From an uncultured virus (IMG/VR IMGVR_UViG_3300032280_000373) (lineage: Duplodnaviria > Heunggongvirae > Uroviricota > Caudoviricetes): a stretch of 20,000 nucleotides of DNA. The notes beneath the pieces are model-generated. The model was not told where the DNA came from. It did no database searches and saw only the letters and a program-made list of their open reading frames with translations. Shown here in pieces: positions 8,166 to 16,546 of the stretch; the stretch's first letter is position 1; each line of letters starts with the position of its first letter. The stretch lies in IMG/VR virus record IMGVR_UViG_3300032280_000373. The stretch is one strand, 5' to 3'. A program made the translations under genes and the position numbers.

Positions 8166-10100
8166 TTAGCATTCTCCCAAATCGCTGATATCTTTTTTGG
8201 ACGCGTGGAATTTAAATATTGCCAGCTTTGCGTGGCCAGTCCAAGAAACTTTTGGTTGGAAAAGATATCCAAAACGTGCTTTTCTAGATACTCCAATGAT
8301 ACAGGAATCTGAGGGTTTTACTGTGCGGATTGTTCTGTAGCCTAACCCCAAATCAGGTGGGGAACAAGTTTCTAGATTTTCGGTTTGTGTGGCAAAATCA
8401 ATTGATCCGCTTTGAATCGGGAAATAAGACGGGTAGTAGTCTGGTGTAAAATCAAGATTCCAAGATACAGATCCGTATACTTCAGAAAAACTTAAATCAG
8501 CCCGCATTAATTCTTTAATCTCGTTAGGTGTGCCAAACTCCATCCTCCGGCACTCTACTGAACAGGATATAGGTACTTCTACCGAATTGTTCTGCTCGTC
8601 TGGTATGGTGTCAAAATAATCATCTGATGTAATCTCGTACAGCGCGTTGTTTCCATCTGACCCGCAAACAATGGCAAAGCATCTTTTTACCCCACGGAAA
8701 TCCCCAACCACAAATTTGCTTACCTGCAAGCCCGTCCATTCTCCATCGTAAACAGGAGGGAAATTTCCCTCGTACACTCCAGGATTAAAGTCCTGAGTCA
8801 CAATCTTTGTGAACACAATGTTATAACGCGTAGAACTTCCGTTTACTTTTTGAATTTTTGGTGCGCAACCATACAAAGCTCGGTAGTCAAAATAAGCTGC
8901 TGGAGAAAAAGGAACCCATCTTTCAGTATCATAATTAATAACGCGATCGGCTTCAATGCTGTCAACCAAGGTAACATTGGCGCTTTTCGAAAATTGAATG
9001 GTTTGCACAAGAGAACGTATTCCATCTAATGATCTGAAATAAACGTCATTATTTGTCATAATCATACAATCTGAGGCAACGCCACCGCCACCAATAAACA
9101 TTTTTCTCTGCATGCCTGGAGTGGCTTGCCAGGTTGTTCTATCAAAAATATTAGATCTGATAGCCGATACTTCATTCCTTGTAAAGACAATCAAATCCCC
9201 CTGCCCGGTTGACGTATCGGACCCGGGCAAGAATGCTAACCCTGTGATTTCAGAATCAAAAGAAAAACTTCCGCCACCGTTTAAATATTGTGTTTCAGAG
9301 AAACGAATTTCTGCGCCCAAATAACTACCTGACAAATCTCCAGCGTACAATTGATTTCCGTTTGCTACCCATAAACGCCCGTTCCCGAAAGCCATTATAG
9401 GCCCAACAGGAATAGAAACATTTGTTTGCAAAGGCCCAGGAGGAAAAAATTTAACGGTAGCTAAAGCAGTCAATGAGCAATTGTTATTTAATGTAACTTC
9501 AGTTGCTGTATCCACCGATACGATAACAGTATTGGGTGGTATTCCTCGAGCGGCTTGAGCGAGCATACCGGGGAAAAGACCGGCGGTTGAAGAGACGTTG
9601 ATTCGTGGGTTATTGGCTCCAATAGTACATTCAAGTTCAACGAAGGTCGCTAACTCTTCTAAAATATTTTCTGACCGAAATGAGGTAGCTCCAGTGTATA
9701 CAATCGCTGGATTAACTCCGTCTTGAACAATAAGATAATCATTTGCTGCCACCATAGAAGCTCTTCTTGAAACATAATTATTTGTTTCGTTTGCGGGGGT
9801 AACGTCCAGCGATGCAGAGTTTGGGTTAGTTGCTTGAGTATTATAAAGACGCCCGTCGATAAAAGCCATCAAATCTTCGGAAGAAGGATTTTTAAAGTAA
9901 CAAGCACCTTGGATTACACCATTGGGTAGTGCTTTAACAAACTTAAAGCCTGGACGTGTTTTGGGAAAACCACCGCGGATTGCAACATTGATGCCCCAAG
10001 AGTATTGATTTGGTGGTAAAAGTGCTGGGTCAATACTGGAATTAGCGCCACCAATGAAGGTTGCAATTCCCTCCATCAGACGATTTTGATCTTTGATCAT
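8166..10100 (-). CDS. Putative tail nozzle / stabilization protein (tail tubular B / P22 gp10-like, 644 aa)
   Basis: The N-terminus (FIGGANSSIDPALLP...NVAIRGGFPKTRPG), beta-propeller-like repeats (GRLWVANGNQLY, DLIVFTRNEVS, NDVYFRSLDGIRSL) and the size match podovirus nozzle proteins. ATGA overlap with the upstream fibre gene. Confidence 0.65.
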   Translation of the reverse strand: MIKDQNRLMEGIATFIGGANSSIDPALLPPNQYSWGINVAIRGGFPKTRPGFKFVKALPNGVIQGACYFKNPSSEDLMAFIDGRLYNTQATNPNSASLDVTPANETNNYVSRRASMVAANDYLIVQDGVNPAIVYTGATSFRSENILEELATFVELECTIGANNPRINVSSTAGLFPGMLAQAARGIPPNTVIVSVDTATEVTLNNNCSLTALATVKFFPPGPLQTNVSIPVGPIMAFGNGRLWVANGNQLYAGDLSGSYLGAEIRFSETQYLNGGGSFSFDSEITGLAFLPGSDTSTGQGDLIVFTRNEVSAIRSNIFDRTTWQATPGMQRKMFIGGGGVASDCMIMTNNDVYFRSLDGIRSLVQTIQFSKSANVTLVDSIEADRVINYDTERWVPFSPAAYFDYRALYGCAPKIQKVNGSSTRYNIVFTKIVTQDFNPGVYEGNFPPVYDGEWTGLQVSKFVVGDFRGVKRCFAIVCGSDGNNALYEITSDDYFDTIPDEQNNSVEVPISCSVECRRMEFGTPNEIKELMRADLSFSEVYGSVSWNLDFTPDYYPSYFPIQSGSIDFATQTENLETCSPPDLGLGYRTIRTVKPSDSCIIGVSRKARFGYLFQPKVSWTGHAKLAIFKFHASKKDISDLGEC

Positions 10101-11905
10101 GAAGCCGCGGCGCGCGTTACAAATATGTTAATGGTTATATTCGTCGTAGTTGCACTAAAATCTGTGCTGCTCATATTAAAGAAAACAATCTTTACATAAT
10201 TGGATACGCAATAAGCGCTAATCATAACTTTATCCGCAAAATTATTTTCCGAAGAAGAATAAGTAACTTGTGCGAAATCTCCAGAAAGTACATTTGGAAG
10301 ATAATGAGTATAGGTCTGGTAAGTTCCAGCTCCCGTAAGACTTCCAAGAGAATCTGTAGATTCTAATGAAACAGATCCTCTGTAAAGTTTTGTAATCTTG
10401 GCGGCTGATGTTTCTATTTGATAAGATGTTGCTTGGACGGCACCAGTAACATCCAATTCAAAATCTGGGGAAGCTTTTCTAATACCAACTCTATTGTTAG
10501 TGGAATTAACAACAAGTGTACTTGTATCTACAGTAAGATTACCGCTTATTGATGCATTACCGCTTATTGCTGCGTCTCCAGTAACATCTAAAGGAACTGC
10601 CGGAGTAGTATTATTGATTCCTACATATCCAGTATTCTTTACATACAAAACAGAAGTTGAATTTAACTCGCCAGTGATATTGGCAGACCCAGATACGGTA
10701 AGTGAAGAGGTAGGAGCGGTTGTATTTACCCCGACTCTATTTGATGAAGTATCGACAAATAATACTCCGGAATCAATATTAAGATTATTTGAAACTGCTA
10801 AAGTCGAATTCATCGTTGTAGCCCCAACAACATTTAAAGTAGAGCTTAACGTGGCTGCTCCGGAAACGAGTAGAGAACCTAGGATTGTAGAACCACTGAC
10901 ATCCAAGGCAACAGTAGGTGTTTTATTAATACCAACAAAATTGTTGGAGGTATCGACCTTTAAAACGTTGGTATCGACTGACAAATCACCGCTTATGTTA
11001 GTAGCGCCAACAACATCCAGCTCAACTGCTGGGGTGGCTGTTTTAATCCCAACGCGATTTGTATTTGCATTTACATTTAAAAGGTCCGAACTGGATACTC
11101 CCCGCACTAGGAACGTAGAAGCTCCGCTAACTCCACCTGGGTTAACGAGAAAAGAGACAGCTTGGGCGGCTCCGTTTACATCCAACAATTTTTTAGGATC
11201 TGAAATTCCAATACCAACTCTATCGGAACTTGCAGACACAACAAGAGTGTTAGTAAAGTTGTCCGTCATAACTACAAAATCAGAATTATTTACTTGAGAG
11301 GAGTTAATGGTCGCGCCCAACCTAAATTCTGAAAGGCCCGCAACTCTAAAAGTTCCGCTAATATCGAGATCGGCTGCTGGGGATGACGTTTTAACCCCGA
11401 TCCTGTTTGTGCTACCTTTGGTATATAACAAATGAGTCTCGGTATCGGATTCTACTCTAAAGTCTACGGCAGCTCCACTTTCATTGACTACGGTTGGCCC
11501 GTTAAGAATAGAAGATCCGTTAACGGTAAGCGAGGAGAGAGGATCGGAATATGTAGCCCCGGCGGAAGGGGAAACTTTTAAACCCGCCGTAACTGAACCG
11601 GATGGGTTTACCCCGGCTGCTCTTACTAGGGTGGCAGTAACCGATGTGTAAGGAGTTCCCCCGACAACGGTAACAGTATAAAAACCAGCACCGGAAATAT
11701 AAATAGTTTGCCCCACTGCAATCCAGCGATTTTCAACTACGCTAAAAGTTATTGGGTCATTAACGGCCGGTTGGGGAAAATTAGCGGCTACTGTGGTAAA
11801 TGCATTGATACCGTTAGTGCCATTTGTACCATTCGATCCAGCAAGACCCTGCGGTCCCTGGACTCCGGCTTCTCCAACAACAAGTGTATTACAATCGCAG
11901 CTCAT
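10097..11905 (-). CDS. Tail fibre with short collagen-like N-terminal segment and seven VGI..P...LDV.G repeats (602 aa)
   Basis: GEAGVQGPQGLAGSNGTNGTNG (Gly-X-Y). Seven repeats: TNRIGVKTSSP, SDRVGIGISDP, TNRVGIKTATP, NNFVGINKTP, SNRVGVNTTAP, TGYVGINNTTP, NNRVGIRKASP. SD-like AAAGGAG upstream. No C-terminal peptidase S74 chaperone is recognisable. Confidence 0.75.
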   Translation of the reverse strand: MSCDCNTLVVGEAGVQGPQGLAGSNGTNGTNGINAFTTVAANFPQPAVNDPITFSVVENRWIAVGQTIYISGAGFYTVTVVGGTPYTSVTATLVRAAGVNPSGSVTAGLKVSPSAGATYSDPLSSLTVNGSSILNGPTVVNESGAAVDFRVESDTETHLLYTKGSTNRIGVKTSSPAADLDISGTFRVAGLSEFRLGATINSSQVNNSDFVVMTDNFTNTLVVSASSDRVGIGISDPKKLLDVNGAAQAVSFLVNPGGVSGASTFLVRGVSSSDLLNVNANTNRVGIKTATPAVELDVVGATNISGDLSVDTNVLKVDTSNNFVGINKTPTVALDVSGSTILGSLLVSGAATLSSTLNVVGATTMNSTLAVSNNLNIDSGVLFVDTSSNRVGVNTTAPTSSLTVSGSANITGELNSTSVLYVKNTGYVGINNTTPAVPLDVTGDAAISGNASISGNLTVDTSTLVVNSTNNRVGIRKASPDFELDVTGAVQATSYQIETSAAKITKLYRGSVSLESTDSLGSLTGAGTYQTYTHYLPNVLSGDFAQVTYSSSENNFADKVMISAYCVSNYVKIVFFNMSSTDFSATTTNITINIFVTRAAAS

Positions 11906-11916
11906 TTAGTTCTCCT

Positions 11917-12915
11917 TTAGTTTTCGTAAGCAATTTCAAGACCTTGAACAACTGCCACCCAGCGAATAGTGGTCGAGGCAGCCCCTGTTACTTTAATATC
12001 CAAGGCGTCATTGGTATTGTCGGCTGTAATTGTTACATCCCATCCGGCAACGTCCTCAACATCAGTGCCAACAGTAGAAACTGCTCCAACTAATGCCGTG
12101 GTCCCGCCAACATTTTTAATCATTACTTTGCGAATATAATGGGCTCCCTGTGAGCCATCCGTTTTAATGCCAGAAACATTTACAGTGCAAGCAAGAATTT
12201 TTCCGGTTGGAATTGTTAATCTCGCGGATCCTCCGTCTAAAAAAAGATTAGTTGGTGTATTATTAGTAGTGAATCCTCCTAAAACAAAAGATACAGCTTG
12301 AGAAAATCCTGCTTGCTGAAAAAGGCCAAGCGAAAAGGAAGCATTTGCAACCATTCCATATCTGTCGGCTACTCCGTAACGTCCCCCAATAACTGTAGAG
12401 TAGTTTCCAGAAGCTTGATTCCTGTTTCCTCCGCACACCGTTGAATTTTGTCCGGAAGACAAATTTGTGCTGCCACCACCAATTGTTGACTTTTCGCCCG
12501 AGGCTACATTGCCAGATCCCCCAGATACTGTGGCCCCAGTATTTGATGCCGTATTAGTAAATCCACCGCTCACTGTACCATAAAAATCTCCACTTACTGT
12601 ATTATCTCTACCACCAGCAAGTACCGAAGCATTACTCGAAGCAACTTGAGTAGCAGCACTTCTGGTTTGTTGTAAATCTACAGATCCAATTCCTCTCGCA
12701 TTACCGACTACATACGGTGTAGATTCTTCGGTATCGGGGGCACCATATTTAGCGTAAATATTCCCAGACCCCGCATCTGCTGGGTTAGCTATTGATGAAA
12801 GAAGATTCTGGATTTCGGCTTCAGCAACAAGACTTGCCGGTGGAGGAGTGGTATTTGCCCCGGCTGTTCCGCAATCGCAATCTCGGGCGTAGTTATCGGG
12901 ATTAGGAAAACTCAT
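11917..12915 (-). CDS. Tail fibre/spike with YadA-head-like beta-roll repeats (332 aa)
   Basis: About six ~14-aa repeats of the form S[TV][VI].GG..N.ASG (e.g. GATVSGGSGNVASG, KSTIGGGSTNLSSG, NSTVCGGNRNQASG), followed by a C-terminal beta-sandwich-like region ending TIRWVAVVQGLEI. Confidence 0.65.
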   Translation of the reverse strand: MSFPNPDNYARDCDCGTAGANTTPPPASLVAEAEIQNLLSSIANPADAGSGNIYAKYGAPDTEESTPYVVGNARGIGSVDLQQTRSAATQVASSNASVLAGGRDNTVSGDFYGTVSGGFTNTASNTGATVSGGSGNVASGEKSTIGGGSTNLSSGQNSTVCGGNRNQASGNYSTVIGGRYGVADRYGMVANASFSLGLFQQAGFSQAVSFVLGGFTTNNTPTNLFLDGGSARLTIPTGKILACTVNVSGIKTDGSQGAHYIRKVMIKNVGGTTALVGAVSTVGTDVEDVAGWDVTITADNTNDALDIKVTGAASTTIRWVAVVQGLEIAYEN

Positions 12916-12922
12916 CGCAGTG

Positions 12923-12950
12923 ATTATGCCTGTCTATAATTATGAGTCAA
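12923..12950 (-). promoter_or_regulatory. Sigma70-like promoter TTGACT-N16-CATAAT, probably leaderless
   Basis: Minus strand reads TTGACT cataattatagacagg CATAAT cactgcg ATG. The ATG is 7 nt after the -10 element and there is no SD. Confidence 0.6.
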
Positions 12951-12957
12951 GCAATCT

Positions 12958-13350
12958 CTACTTGAGAACGTTCCAATTATCCCGCCACTTGCAGTTGGGC
13001 TCTAGATAGATGGACTTGGTGCGGGGAAGCTTTTCTCTTGGTATGACAAACAAAGCATCCAAGGTTGTATTTAGAAATATAAAAACGTCGCAATCTCCCT
13101 TGGTATATAGCCTCTTCTGCATATGCCCAAACCCGGGACCGCGGATAGCAAAAAACTTCAGCTTTCTGCGGCGACAGTCTTCACCTCCAATGGTAGTTTT
13201 AACTTGGACGCGTACCATCTTGCCCTTCCAATCGGTAACCAAGTCGTACCCATCGTCATAGACGGGCAGGCTTACGAGAAAGCCCTGCTCCATCAACTTG
13301 GTGGAGACCTTTTGTACGCCTATTGCTCCTAGTCTAATGTTATTACTCAT
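12958..13350 (-). CDS. Free-standing PD-(D/E)XK endonuclease, I-Ssp6803I / group I intron-associated type (130 aa)
   Basis: The pattern LGAIGVQKVSTKLMEQGFLVSLPVYDDGYDLV...VRVQVKT...YTKGDCDVFIF...FVIP matches the family. ATGA overlap with the endolysin gene. Confidence 0.75.
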   Translation of the reverse strand: MSNNIRLGAIGVQKVSTKLMEQGFLVSLPVYDDGYDLVTDWKGKMVRVQVKTTIGGEDCRRRKLKFFAIRGPGFGHMQKRLYTKGDCDVFIFLNTTLDALFVIPREKLPRTKSIYLEPNCKWRDNWNVLK

Positions 13351-13889
13351 AACCAGCTCCTTGCGAGTATTGTACCAAGGGGTCGACGCTTGCGATAGAC
13401 CCCATCCCCATCTCTACTACCATCGTCGTTTGTATTACCCTCTATCGTTACAGCCCATTTCCCGTCGACTTTTTCGACGATACCCGTGTGAGCCACGCGT
13501 TTAAGACTTTGAAAATAAATCCCAAAGGCATCGGCTCGATCTGGCTTCTTTCCGCGACCTCTGTCCCATGTAGGACTTTTAACGAAATCTGGGCTCCAAG
13601 CAGATCTCGGGAACGGGTTCTCTTTTTTGCCGAACGCTTCATCGCCTATGTATACCACCCAAGCCGCGCACCAGGGAGCCCTTGTTCCTTCTAGTCCTAC
13701 TGAGGCTAGGATCTTGTCCACCAAGGGCCCGGAGTTTCTGCCGACTTCTCGCCATCCAATGGTTCCCCGAGCCACTTCAATAAGTCGCGATAGTCTTTCT
13801 CCTCGCGTCGGTACGACTCCTTCAGCAATTGCTTCTCGGGTACCCAGCAAAGATATAAACGCCAGAGCCAACGCATGGATTATCCGCAT
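13347..13889 (-). CDS. CHAP-family endolysin with N-terminal signal-peptide-like segment (180 aa)
   Basis: Catalytic motifs PWCAAWV and HTGIVEKV...TIEGNT. N-terminus MRIIHALALAFISLLGTREAIA is hydrophobic and ends in an AxA-type site. Confidence 0.8.
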   Translation of the reverse strand: MRIIHALALAFISLLGTREAIAEGVVPTRGERLSRLIEVARGTIGWREVGRNSGPLVDKILASVGLEGTRAPWCAAWVVYIGDEAFGKKENPFPRSAWSPDFVKSPTWDRGRGKKPDRADAFGIYFQSLKRVAHTGIVEKVDGKWAVTIEGNTNDDGSRDGDGVYRKRRPLGTILARSWL

Positions 13890-14221
13890 AACAGGGCAAA
13901 AGCTATGACGAGGCCAATGAACACGGCGATTAATATAGTCGCTCGTGTCTGCCCATCTAACTCCTGCCAGTCGTCCTCCAAAGCATTGTTGTCCATATAT
14001 CGATCCAAAAATTTAAACTCAATATTGATTATTAGCCAGGCTAATGTCACTGCAAAGAGTAGCTTAACTCCCGCAAACAAAACGACATGAAGGGCTCCGA
14101 GGTCAACAACGCCGGCTCCAGGGTCAAGGACTCTAAGGATCGGGCCTAGGGCCAAAAATAAAGTAAGTCCGCACAGCAGAGCGCCCAAACCCTGGACGTT
14201 ATCCTTTAGCCACTTTTTCAC
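13880..14221 (-). CDS. Putative holin (three TM helices, 113 aa)
   Basis: Three hydrophobic segments. It sits between the spanin-like gene and the endolysin, with a GTG start abutting the upstream TAA. Confidence 0.6.
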   Translation of the reverse strand: MKKWLKDNVQGLGALLCGLTLFLALGPILRVLDPGAGVVDLGALHVVLFAGVKLLFAVTLAWLIINIEFKFLDRYMDNNALEDDWQELDGQTRATILIAVFIGLVIAFALLCG

Positions 14222-14608
14222 TTAAAAGAGTTTAAGAAAGGGAAAGAAATTACGCAAGGCCAAAAATGCGGGTAGTAAGAGCATCCCGCCGATACCAATT
14301 AAACGCCACTTCCATAGCATCCCAACGGCTTTGCTATACTTAGCCTCAAGATATTCAAGCCTCTCGGCCATCTCCGAACGTTCTTTGAAGTTCTTGTCGA
14401 CCTGAGACTGAAGCTTTAAGATCTGGTCTTTGGTATTGTCGAGCTCATCTGCCACGGGTTTACAGGCAGGGATAGAACGGGCAATCGACTGAGCCTTTAA
14501 AACTGATTGAGTCGTTGCTTCGAGAGTTAACGAACCAGACGAACTATACTTCGTGGAAGCGCAGGATGCAAGGGCAAAGGAGATTAAGGCTAGGCTAATA
14601 AATCGCAT
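14222..14608 (-). CDS. Putative unimolecular spanin (lipoprotein with C-terminal TM, 128 aa)
   Basis: Lipobox FALAS-C, a coiled-coil middle, and a C-terminal TM (LIGIGGMLLLPAFLAL). Adjacent to the holin and endolysin genes. Confidence 0.65.
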   Translation of the reverse strand: MRFISLALISFALASCASTKYSSSGSLTLEATTQSVLKAQSIARSIPACKPVADELDNTKDQILKLQSQVDKNFKERSEMAERLEYLEAKYSKAVGMLWKWRLIGIGGMLLLPAFLALRNFFPFLKLF

Positions 14609-14614
14609 ATTTTA

Positions 14615-16540
14615 CTATGGCGTGTAGTAAAGAGTGGATGTTGGGGCGGGTGATGCTCCGTTTATAACAAGCCAAGTACCAGAAAAATTGAAAGATTCTA
14701 TAGTGTATGAAGTATCATCATAATCAGCATCGAAGAGATTCCAAGTTCCTGTTTCGTTTGGACCACCCCCAACTTCCCAAGCAATTATGCTATTTGCATT
14801 CGATGTTTTTCTATAAATAGGAAATCCATTTCCATCAACCTCGCTACCATCCCAAACATATTCACCATTTGATGTGGTTGTACCAGCACCAGAGATTAAG
14901 ATCCTCCAAGGGTAGATTTGATATTTAGTATTCAGATACGCTTCGACTTGTTGGCGTTCTGGGGTTGTAAGGACTCGGTCGTAAACAACAATTTCAGATA
15001 TATAGACATTGGCTGACTGACTAGCACTTGAATCGCTACCAAGATAGGCTGCTGATCTTGATGTGAATCCTGATCCTGTGCTACTTACAACTTGTTGTCC
15101 GTCTCTGCGCAATTCATAATTAATCCCATCATCAGATAATGTTGCAATTATTGACGCAGTTTCGGTTGGGATTGTTTGCCCAGAGGAAGATTCAACTCCA
15201 TAATAACTACCCCATGCAGTTCCACTAATAGCACTATATAAACTACCCCCAGTTACTTCCAAAATTGCAGCGTATTGCTGTGCTGATGCTGCAAGGGTTT
15301 TAATTACAGCATAGATTGTTTTGGCTGTTACAATATCATTTCCAGAAAGACTGCCTCCATTAAATAAGACTGCTGGATTAGCGCCTATAATGTTATTTGA
15401 TTTTATGACAGTTCCAGATGCTGGTGTGAAATTATTCCCATTCCCACTTTGATCTGCCCAAGCTGTTACATTTGAGCCGTCAAGAGTAACTCCAGCATCG
15501 GCTTTTAACCAGAGCTGTGGCAAGAACATATTGCTAATATTTGGTAATTGAATTGCGTATTTATTCGAAAGATACGCCTCGACTTGCTGGCGTTCTTGGG
15601 TTGTAAGTCTTCTGTTGTAAATAATAAATTCAGCAAGATACATTTCTGCATTAAGTCCTGAAAAACTTGGATACGCATAGCGACCAAGGGAATATGTTAC
15701 ACCGCTTGCTAGTGGCATTTGTACTGCCGCGGGAACGGCAATTAGTTCCTGCCCATTCTTGTAAGCTACACCACTTTCGTTTTCAGCATCTAAATAAGAT
15801 ATTGTCCATTCGCCAACATTTGAAAAGCCACTAGAAATAAATGTCTCTGAATAATCACCATTTCTTATTCTAACAGTAACATCTGGGTTAGTTGAAATTT
15901 CTAAGTTTGAATAATTACTTGTGCCAAAAACACCCTTATTACTTTGTCCTGGCGCAATAGACCAAACACCAAACAATGAGATTTCGCTAAAATTGTCTAG
16001 TAGGGTGCTGGGAGAATCTAAATAAGAATTAGTCCCATTAAAGTAAATTGCTGGCTTCCCATTTATGTAATTCCCTTCAAATGTTGCACCCCCGCTAAAG
16101 TTGTTGTTATTTCCACTCTGGTCTGCCCACGTTGTTACAAGTTCATTTCCAGTTGGAGTTGTCGATGTAATTGATGTTGGAACTGGAAGGGTCCCATATA
16201 GGTCTGCCCAAGTTCCAGAAAAATTAAATGTATTATTGTAGTATGTTTTTTCTCCTACCTCACTGTCATTTACAGACCAATTAGACCCATCCCAATCAAT
16301 ATAATTTCCATTCGGCCCATTAAATTGAGTTTCTCCACCAGAAGCTCTTGTGTATGTTCCGTTGCTTGTTGGGGTGTTGTCTGCACCATTAATTACTACT
16401 TGGCTAATAAAAGTTTCTGGAGTTTCCGTAACCCCAGCATCAGCTTTGAGCCATAAAGAAAGGCCAGAAAGTTTCTTTGGAGTAAAACCCCCAGCAACTC
16501 TGGTCTGCGGTAACGATAAGCCTAAGCCGAGTTTCGGCAT
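14615..16540 (-). CDS. Putative head-spike fibre / adhesin with two LamG/ConA-like domains (641 aa)
   Basis: N-terminus MPKLGLGLSL. Two copies of LWLKADAGVT...W.DQSGN.NNF...E.[IV][IV]Y[ND]R.LTT.ERQQVEAYL..KY.I, plus two copies of a small NG.Y...FNFSGTW domain. Confidence 0.7.
   Translation of the reverse strand: MPKLGLGLSLPQTRVAGGFTPKKLSGLSLWLKADAGVTETPETFISQVVINGADNTPTSNGTYTRASGGETQFNGPNGNYIDWDGSNWSVNDSEVGEKTYYNNTFNFSGTWADLYGTLPVPTSITSTTPTGNELVTTWADQSGNNNNFSGGATFEGNYINGKPAIYFNGTNSYLDSPSTLLDNFSEISLFGVWSIAPGQSNKGVFGTSNYSNLEISTNPDVTVRIRNGDYSETFISSGFSNVGEWTISYLDAENESGVAYKNGQELIAVPAAVQMPLASGVTYSLGRYAYPSFSGLNAEMYLAEFIIYNRRLTTQERQQVEAYLSNKYAIQLPNISNMFLPQLWLKADAGVTLDGSNVTAWADQSGNGNNFTPASGTVIKSNNIIGANPAVLFNGGSLSGNDIVTAKTIYAVIKTLAASAQQYAAILEVTGGSLYSAISGTAWGSYYGVESSSGQTIPTETASIIATLSDDGINYELRRDGQQVVSSTGSGFTSRSAAYLGSDSSASQSANVYISEIVVYDRVLTTPERQQVEAYLNTKYQIYPWRILISGAGTTTSNGEYVWDGSEVDGNGFPIYRKTSNANSIIAWEVGGGPNETGTWNLFDADYDDTSYTIESFNFSGTWLVINGASPAPTSTLYYTP
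14934..15607. repeat. 38-bp direct repeat pair (14934-14971 and 15570-15607; 35/38 identical)
   Basis: agatacgcttcgacttgttggcgttctggggttgtaag vs agatacgcctcgacttgctggcgttcttgggttgtaag. Each copy encodes LTT.ERQQVEAYL at the end of a LamG-like domain. Confidence 0.9.
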
Positions 16541-16546
16541 GGCGGT

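Noticed and set aside
8165..8296. Longer N-terminus given for ORF 7508..8296
   Set aside because: It overlaps the nozzle gene by about 130 nt. The ATG at 8164 fits the local coupling pattern better.
10494..11297. 267-aa plus-strand ORF antisense to the tail fibre
   Set aside because: It is a shadow of the repetitive fibre codons, and its repeats mirror the fibre repeats.
12916..13350. Possible group I intron around the PD-(D/E)XK gene
   Set aside because: The flanking genes are complete, and there is no non-coding space for an intron core.
14934..15607. Possible DGR template/variable repeat pair
   Set aside because: Only 38 bp, both copies are coding, the mismatches are not one-directional from adenine, and no reverse transcriptase is in the window.
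16538..16546. Kozak-like ACCGCCATG start (also GCCATG at 7005)
   Set aside because: Gene content and operon organisation are those of a bacteriophage; short matches like this are expected by chance.
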